Shown: piece after piece, positions 58,685 through 64,000 of the stretch | How positions within the stretch are numbered: position 1 is the first letter of the stretch | How the letters are laid out: each line of letters starts with the position of its first letter | Assembly: GCA_963740085.1 (NCBI GenBank) | Contig: CAVUCU010000004.1 | Span: 384,001-448,000 of the forward strand | Direction of reading: 5' to 3' | Length of the DNA: 64,000 bases | Source: Nitrospirota bacterium | GTDB lineage: Bacteria; Nitrospirota; UBA9217 | Translations under genes and position numbers: made by a program | The notes under the pieces: generated by a model | Seen by the model: only the letters and a program-made list of their open reading frames with translations | Told to the model about the DNA's origin: nothing | The model's database searches: none

Positions 58685-59908
58685 GTGGAACAATCCGAGG
58701 GACTGGATATACAACGCTATCTTCAACTTATTTATAAACGGCGTTACCTTTTTGCACTCACCGCGGCCTTCATTATTACCTCAGTGATCATCATAAGCCA
58801 CTTCATACCGCCGGTTTATGAGGCTAAGACCGTGGTTGCCATTGAAAAAAGTTTTTTAAATGATGCCCTCAAGAATATCGGGGGAGCACAATCGATCGAT
58901 GACAGGGCTACAGCGCTTTCCACGATCATGAAGAGCAGGACCCTCATTGTAAAAGTGATCGGCGATCTCGGCATTGATATGAAGGGGTTGACCGAAGCAC
59001 AGGTTGAGGGTCTCATCAAGAGTACGCAGGACAGGACGAAGATCACGATCGAGTTCAGTCGGGGAGGCGGGAGTGATGTGGATTTTTTCACCGTTTCTTT
59101 TCGGGACCGGGACCCTCAGTTTGCAAGGGATTATGTGAATAGTGTGGTCAGCAAGTATATTGAAACGACCATCGGCTCCAAGAGATCGGACACATTCGGC
59201 GCAAACCGATTCCTCCTCGACCAGATAAACCAGTTCAAGGAAAAAGTGGAAAAATACGATGCAGAGATCGCGGTGCTGAAGAAAGACAATAATATTGTTC
59301 TGTATAACAGATACCTTAAACTGCAAAAGCGTCTCGATGATCTTCTTGTCCAGTACACGGAAAATCACCCTGAAGTGCTCAAAGTTAAGTCTGAGATCGA
59401 GGCGTATAAGGCGAAAGATGATATCTCTCCAAAAAAACTGGCGCACGTTTTGGATGCCAAGAACCGCCTTGCGATCCTTGAGCGCGATCGTGAATCCAGT
59501 AAAAAGATGTACGATGAAATGGCGGCGGCCTACAGTAAATCAGAGGTGTCTACGAAGGCGGAGTTGCAAGACAAGGCGGGTACATTCAGGATCGTCGACC
59601 CTGCAGTCTTGCCCATCAAGCCGGTCAGCCCAAACCGCATCAAGATCATCTTCCTGGGGATTGTTGGAGGGATCGCGGTCGCAACTGGTCTTATCATACT
59701 CCTCGATATCCTCGATGATTCTATCAAGAACGTTGATACGATCAAGAGTTTAGGCTTTCCCGTGCTTGCTATTATCCCGCATATTCAGAACCCTGATGAC
59801 ATGATCAAGTCGAGGAGAAAAGACATTTTCTTTTATACGCTATCCGGATTGTTTGTGGTGCTCCTGGGTGCGGTCATAGTTCTGGAAAAGCTCGGGTTGT
59901 TCGGTTAG
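58685..59908 (+). CDS. Polysaccharide chain-length determinant (Wzc N-terminal/GumC-like)
   Basis: N-terminal TM, YTENHPEV, coiled coil, FRIVDPAVLPIKPVSPNR plus TMs. Confidence 0.88.
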   Translation: MEQSEGLDIQRYLQLIYKRRYLFALTAAFIITSVIIISHFIPPVYEAKTVVAIEKSFLNDALKNIGGAQSIDDRATALSTIMKSRTLIVKVIGDLGIDMKGLTEAQVEGLIKSTQDRTKITIEFSRGGGSDVDFFTVSFRDRDPQFARDYVNSVVSKYIETTIGSKRSDTFGANRFLLDQINQFKEKVEKYDAEIAVLKKDNNIVLYNRYLKLQKRLDDLLVQYTENHPEVLKVKSEIEAYKAKDDISPKKLAHVLDAKNRLAILERDRESSKKMYDEMAAAYSKSEVSTKAELQDKAGTFRIVDPAVLPIKPVSPNRIKIIFLGIVGGIAVATGLIILLDILDDSIKNVDTIKSLGFPVLAIIPHIQNPDDMIKSRRKDIFFYTLSGLFVVLLGAVIVLEKLGLFG

Positions 59909-60087
59909 TCAAATAATTATCAAAATGTTTTCATTCCGACTGACTTAGGAGAAAACGGAGGATCAAGAAAAAGGATTTGCTATGTTAAAATAGACTATCC
60001 AAAAAGGATCGTTTCCAGCTATTTTATATTGTGATACTTCAGTTTAACTAATTGATTAAGAAACAATTTGCATCATGGTTTTTCAAA

Positions 60088-60103
60088 TGGCATAAGTATT
60101 GCT
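60088..60103 (+). promoter_or_regulatory. sigma54 promoter
   Basis: TGGCAT-AAGTA-TTGCT with canonical -24/-12 spacing. Confidence 0.6.
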
Positions 60104-60340
60104 TTATAGGACGTAAGTATTATTTTATATTAGCTAGTTTAGTTTCAGTTATTGAAAAAATAATACTGTTTTCGAAATCAGTGAGGAAAATTTATTGCAG
60201 CCGTCAGAAAGTACATTGAGAATAGCGAAAAGTAATTTCTTTACGAACCAGATGTTTGCCAGACAGTATTTAACCGCTGTGATTTATTTTGCCTTTTGGG
60301 TTTAATTTTCAATTTGTCCGACTACCCGTGTAAGGACAGG

Positions 60341-61193
60341 ATGAGCGAAGTTCAAAACGCATTGGAAAAGGCGATCAAGCCGAAATAAATCGATCGACAC
60401 GGCGGACAGCAGTGCCGTTGTGACAAAGCCTGTCCGCGTTGAACCTGTGGAGGCTAAAGGAATGACGACGATGCATCCGAACAATCCCTCCATTATCAGC
60501 TATGTGAACACTGATTCTCCAATTGCCGAAGAGTATCGGAAACTGAAAACCGTACTTTTGCGAATGACCAGGGATGAGTTTCGGAACACGCTCATGGTGA
60601 CCAGCTCGGTCAGCGGTGAAGGGAAAAGCGTCACGAGTGCTAACCTTGCCGTTATGCTCGCACGGGAATATGGACAAACTGTTCTGCTGATTGATTCGGA
60701 CCTGAGGAGGCCGTCACTGCACGAGTATCTTGGAATCACCCCTCGCGTGGGCCTTGCTGACTGTCTGGAAGACAGGATCGATGCTGGAAGCGCCATGGTG
60801 AAGACCGGCATACCGAAACTCTCATTTATGTCGGCGGGGAAAAAAGTGGAGAACCCCGGAGAGCTCCTTTCATCGCAGCGGATGAAGGATTTTTTGATGG
60901 AGATCAAGCACCGATACCGGGACCGGTATATTGTTATTGACACACCACCGATCCTTCTGTTCTCTGAAACTCAGGCTTTGAGCATGCTTGTTGACGGGGT
61001 GCTCGTCGTAGTAAAAGAGGGCGGCGTCACTCTCAAAGGGATCACCCAGATGTTCGAGATCCTGAAAGGTGCAGCTGTGCTCGGTATTGTTTATAACGAT
61101 GCAAGTACTGCGAGCCTTGATGGAAAGTATTACCACCACTATAAACACTATTACCAGGACGATCGCCATGGGAAAAAGCAGAAGAAACGCTGA
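60341..61193 (+). CDS. BY-kinase (CapB/Wzc C-terminal tyrosine autokinase), frameshifted near 60380
   Basis: AAGGA SD plus MSEVQNALEKA at 60341; main frame AEEYRKL, GEGKS, IDSDLRRP, IDTPP, Tyr-rich tail. Confidence 0.88.
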
Positions 61194-61238
61194 AAAAGGC
61201 ACAGCGGGGATGGTTAAGAGCTGGTGCTTAATTCAATA

Positions 61239-61739
61239 ATGACTGAAAACTGGTATGCACTCAGGGTGAAATCACGTCATGAGTTCGTTTCTTCTGAAGA
61301 GCTTACCCGGAAGAGCATCGAGAACTTTCTCCCATCTGTTTCAAGAGAGCGTCAATGGAAAGATAGAAAAAAAATTGTAAATTTCCCTCTCTTCCCGGGA
61401 TACTTATTTGTTCATCTTGAACCGCAACCCGAGGCATTTTTGAACGTCTTGAAGACCCGTGGATCCGTTAGTTTCATTTCTCTGGAACCGGGGCAACCAA
61501 CTTCCGTATCACCGGAAGAGATCGTATCCCTTATGGCTATGCTGAAGAGCGGGGAGCAGCTCGATGTCTTTCCTGCATTCAAGGAGGGAACGGCTGTTCG
61601 GGTAAAGCATGGCCCGTTGAGCGGTATTGTCGGCATCCTGGCAAAACGGGAAGGCCGCCAGATGTTCCTGATCAATATCGACATTCTCGGCAGAAGTGTA
61701 GGCCTCAAGATATGCGCCGAGGATGTTGAACTGGCCTGA
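61239..61739 (+). CDS. NusG paralog antiterminator (UpxY/RfaH/LoaP type)
   Basis: WYALRVKSRHE, RQWKDRKK..PLFPGYLFV, KOW motif (VRVKHGPLSG). Confidence 0.88.
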   Translation: MTENWYALRVKSRHEFVSSEELTRKSIENFLPSVSRERQWKDRKKIVNFPLFPGYLFVHLEPQPEAFLNVLKTRGSVSFISLEPGQPTSVSPEEIVSLMAMLKSGEQLDVFPAFKEGTAVRVKHGPLSGIVGILAKREGRQMFLINIDILGRSVGLKICAEDVELA

Positions 61740-61957
61740 TGCGATAAAAGCAGGCGAATCGACTGAAGGGTGAAGTTTTAGAGGAATTCAAGTAGATATA
61801 CTTTAACCTTCAGCCTGCATGTATACAGGTCCACCATCGGTCTTTATTCGCTAATGATTCCACCCCCTTGGTTCGTGGTATGTAACTGAGAGGGCGAAGC
61901 ATTGTCTAACGCATTCTAATTTTTAGCAGATCCTCGAGAATATCTATTCATACGCAG

Positions 61958-63245
61958 GTGACAAAACATGCTTTCTACCGACACTGCCTCACGCTGAAAA
62001 GCGGGAACGGCGAAGCTCCTATTTGGTTCCTGCTTGTCAGTCTGATCATATTGTTATACACGGTCCCTGACAATGTTGAGGCCTCAGAATACAGGATACA
62101 ACCGAGCATTTCGCTCGGTGAGGAGTATAACGATAACATATTTCTGGTGCCTGAGAACAGGAGCTACGATTATATTTCGCGGATCACTCCCGCGATCAGT
62201 ATTATGTATAAAGCTCCTCTCTGGGACTGGAACGTAAACTACTTTTACGATTATCGTTATTTTGCCAGATATTATATACGCGAAGATAAAACACACTCAC
62301 TCAACCTCGCAAACCACACCAGGATCATAGATGAATATGTCTTTCTCGATATCGGGGACAATTACGCAAGGGTATCGATCGATCCTACCAGAGACTACAC
62401 TCAGGAAAGCACTTTTGTGAACCAGACAGACAGGAACACCCTGACGGTGAACCCGTATTTTATCATGAGACCCACGTCTCAAATGACCGTTACAACAGGA
62501 TATGGCTATTCGAATACCTGGTATAAGGACCCAACCGCGATCGACGAGACAAGCCATGTTGTTTATACGGGTCTACAGCAGGAGCTGTCGCAAAGAGCGA
62601 ACATGACTGCCGGTATCAGGCATACTCAGAACAAGAACAGACTTCAGGAATACTCGCAGGATGACGTGTTTCTCGGACAGAAATATGAGTATGTAGAGAA
62701 CTCCATTCTCTCGGTAACAGTAGGCAATAGTTGGTTTGATATCAAGGATGCGGAAAAAACCAGCCAGGTGTATTGGGATGCCAGTTTAACGCACCGTTAT
62801 TCCACGATGACCGTTACGTATGAAACCGGTTTGCGCTTCATTCCCGACCCTATCCTAATATTACGAAGAGAGGACCGCTATCTGGCAACGATCAGTAAAT
62901 CTGTCGAGAGAACGTCTCTGAGCGTTTCCGGCGGTCTGATAGAATACCGGAACGTTATAAATAAGCACCTTGAGACCTCAAGCTATCAAGTGACCGGCAC
63001 ACTAAGTCATGCTGTAACGACAAGATCAAAGATCCTTCTCGATCTTGGCGCGTACCGCTTGAAGGATTATCTGGCATACTGCAAAAACTGATAGATATCT
63101 CATGGGAGCGCGGTTTGAACATCTGTTCACTGAAAATCTCACGCTGGCCCTGGATTATCGATATACCAACGTATATTCGCCCGATGTATACGTGTATAAT
63201 TACTTTAACAACAGGTTCTCAGTTGAATTACGAAAGGTATTTTAA
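61958..63245 (+). CDS. EPS/PEP-CTERM-associated outer-membrane beta-barrel, frameshifted near 63080
   Basis: EEYNDNIFL start, Tyr-rich beta strands; the continuation frame ends NNRFSVELRKVF-TAA (terminal Phe beta-signal). Confidence 0.78.
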
Positions 63246-63316
63246 TTTACTCAATGACCTTGTACGTTTATTATAAGAGGGGTGTTTTATTGGTTGCTGA
63301 GTCGACCAAGCTGATT

Positions 63317-64000
63317 ATGAAGAGATATTCGATCATACTGTTTGTTCTCATACTGATAACCCTTGTCCTCTCTGCATGCGGTGGCAAGGGACCGCTGCCG
63401 CCGGCTGATACAACGCCTCCAACGCGTGATCTCCGTTAATCCCGCTAATGGGGCCCAGAATGTCCCGATCAACAGTTCTGTCATAATAACGTTCAGCGAA
63501 GCAATGGATGCTTCGTCCATCAATGGGCAAACGATCAGCGTTTCAACCGGGAACAGTAATGTCCAGGGTTCGGTGACCTATTCGGGCGTGACTGCGATCT
63601 TTAAGCCGACATCAAATCTTAACCCAAACACTGTATACGGTGGCTGTTGAAGCAGGCGTCAAGGATGCGGCCGGGAATGCCATGGGCAGTCCTTACGGGT
63701 ATATTTTCATAACGGGTATCGACGTGCAACAGGATATCACGCCACCGAGGGTCGTGGATGTCCAGCCTTCGAACCGTGCAACAGGGGTAAGTCCTAATAC
63801 CGCTATCGTGGTCATGTTCAGTGAGCCGATGGATCCGGCCACGATCACAAACATCTTCCATAACAATAGTTAATTCCTTGGGAAAGTCAATCTAGCACAG
63901 TAACGCCTTTTGGAACAGCAGCCATTATTAAACCGACTCTGGCACTTGCACCAGCAGCGATTATACGGTCATTGTAACAACACGAGTAAAGGATTTGGCA
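63317..64000 (+). CDS. Lipoprotein with repeated bacterial Ig-like (Big_5/SbsA-type) domains; several frameshifts, runs off the window
   Basis: Lipobox LSAC; DTTPP-V-SV-P-NGA..ITFSE-MD..F-P..L..Y..VKDAAGN repeats spread over three ORF frames. Confidence 0.72.

Overview
Bacterial chromosomal window. The gene content suggests an anaerobe of the Nitrospirota/Desulfobacterota type (inference only). Left to right: (1) a DMT transporter, DsrE-like protein and Zn alcohol dehydrogenase; (2) an SbtA/SbtM-type seleno-RiPP locus whose 78-aa precursor, with three in-frame UGA codons, is missed by the ORF track; (3) housekeeping genes (Na/Pi symporter, yjbQ, TPR-peptidase, queA, SPOR protein, archaeal-type pheS/pheT); (4) a ~30 kb type II FAS/PKS-like lipid cluster (15.6-45.9 kb) with 3 ketosynthases, 2 chain-length-factor-like proteins, 3 ACPs, 4 cobalamin-dependent radical SAM enzymes and a radical SAM/SPASM-dehydratase fusion; (5) rhomboid, Zn-ribbon response regulator, tRNA-Pro, sigma factor and tRNA-Arg; (6) a more AT-rich block with a c-di-GMP/partner-switching operon, sigma-54-type promoters, a PEP-CTERM-like gene and the start of an exopolysaccharide cluster. 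The most unexpected signal is an unannotated ~180-200 nt element present twice, 54 kb apart (2512-2692 minus; 56723-56924 plus). It folds into a rod with compensatory base changes between the copies and is a candidate novel structured RNA. Several MITE/REP-like families fill intergenic gaps. At least seven loci carry small frameshifts, probably assembly indels.
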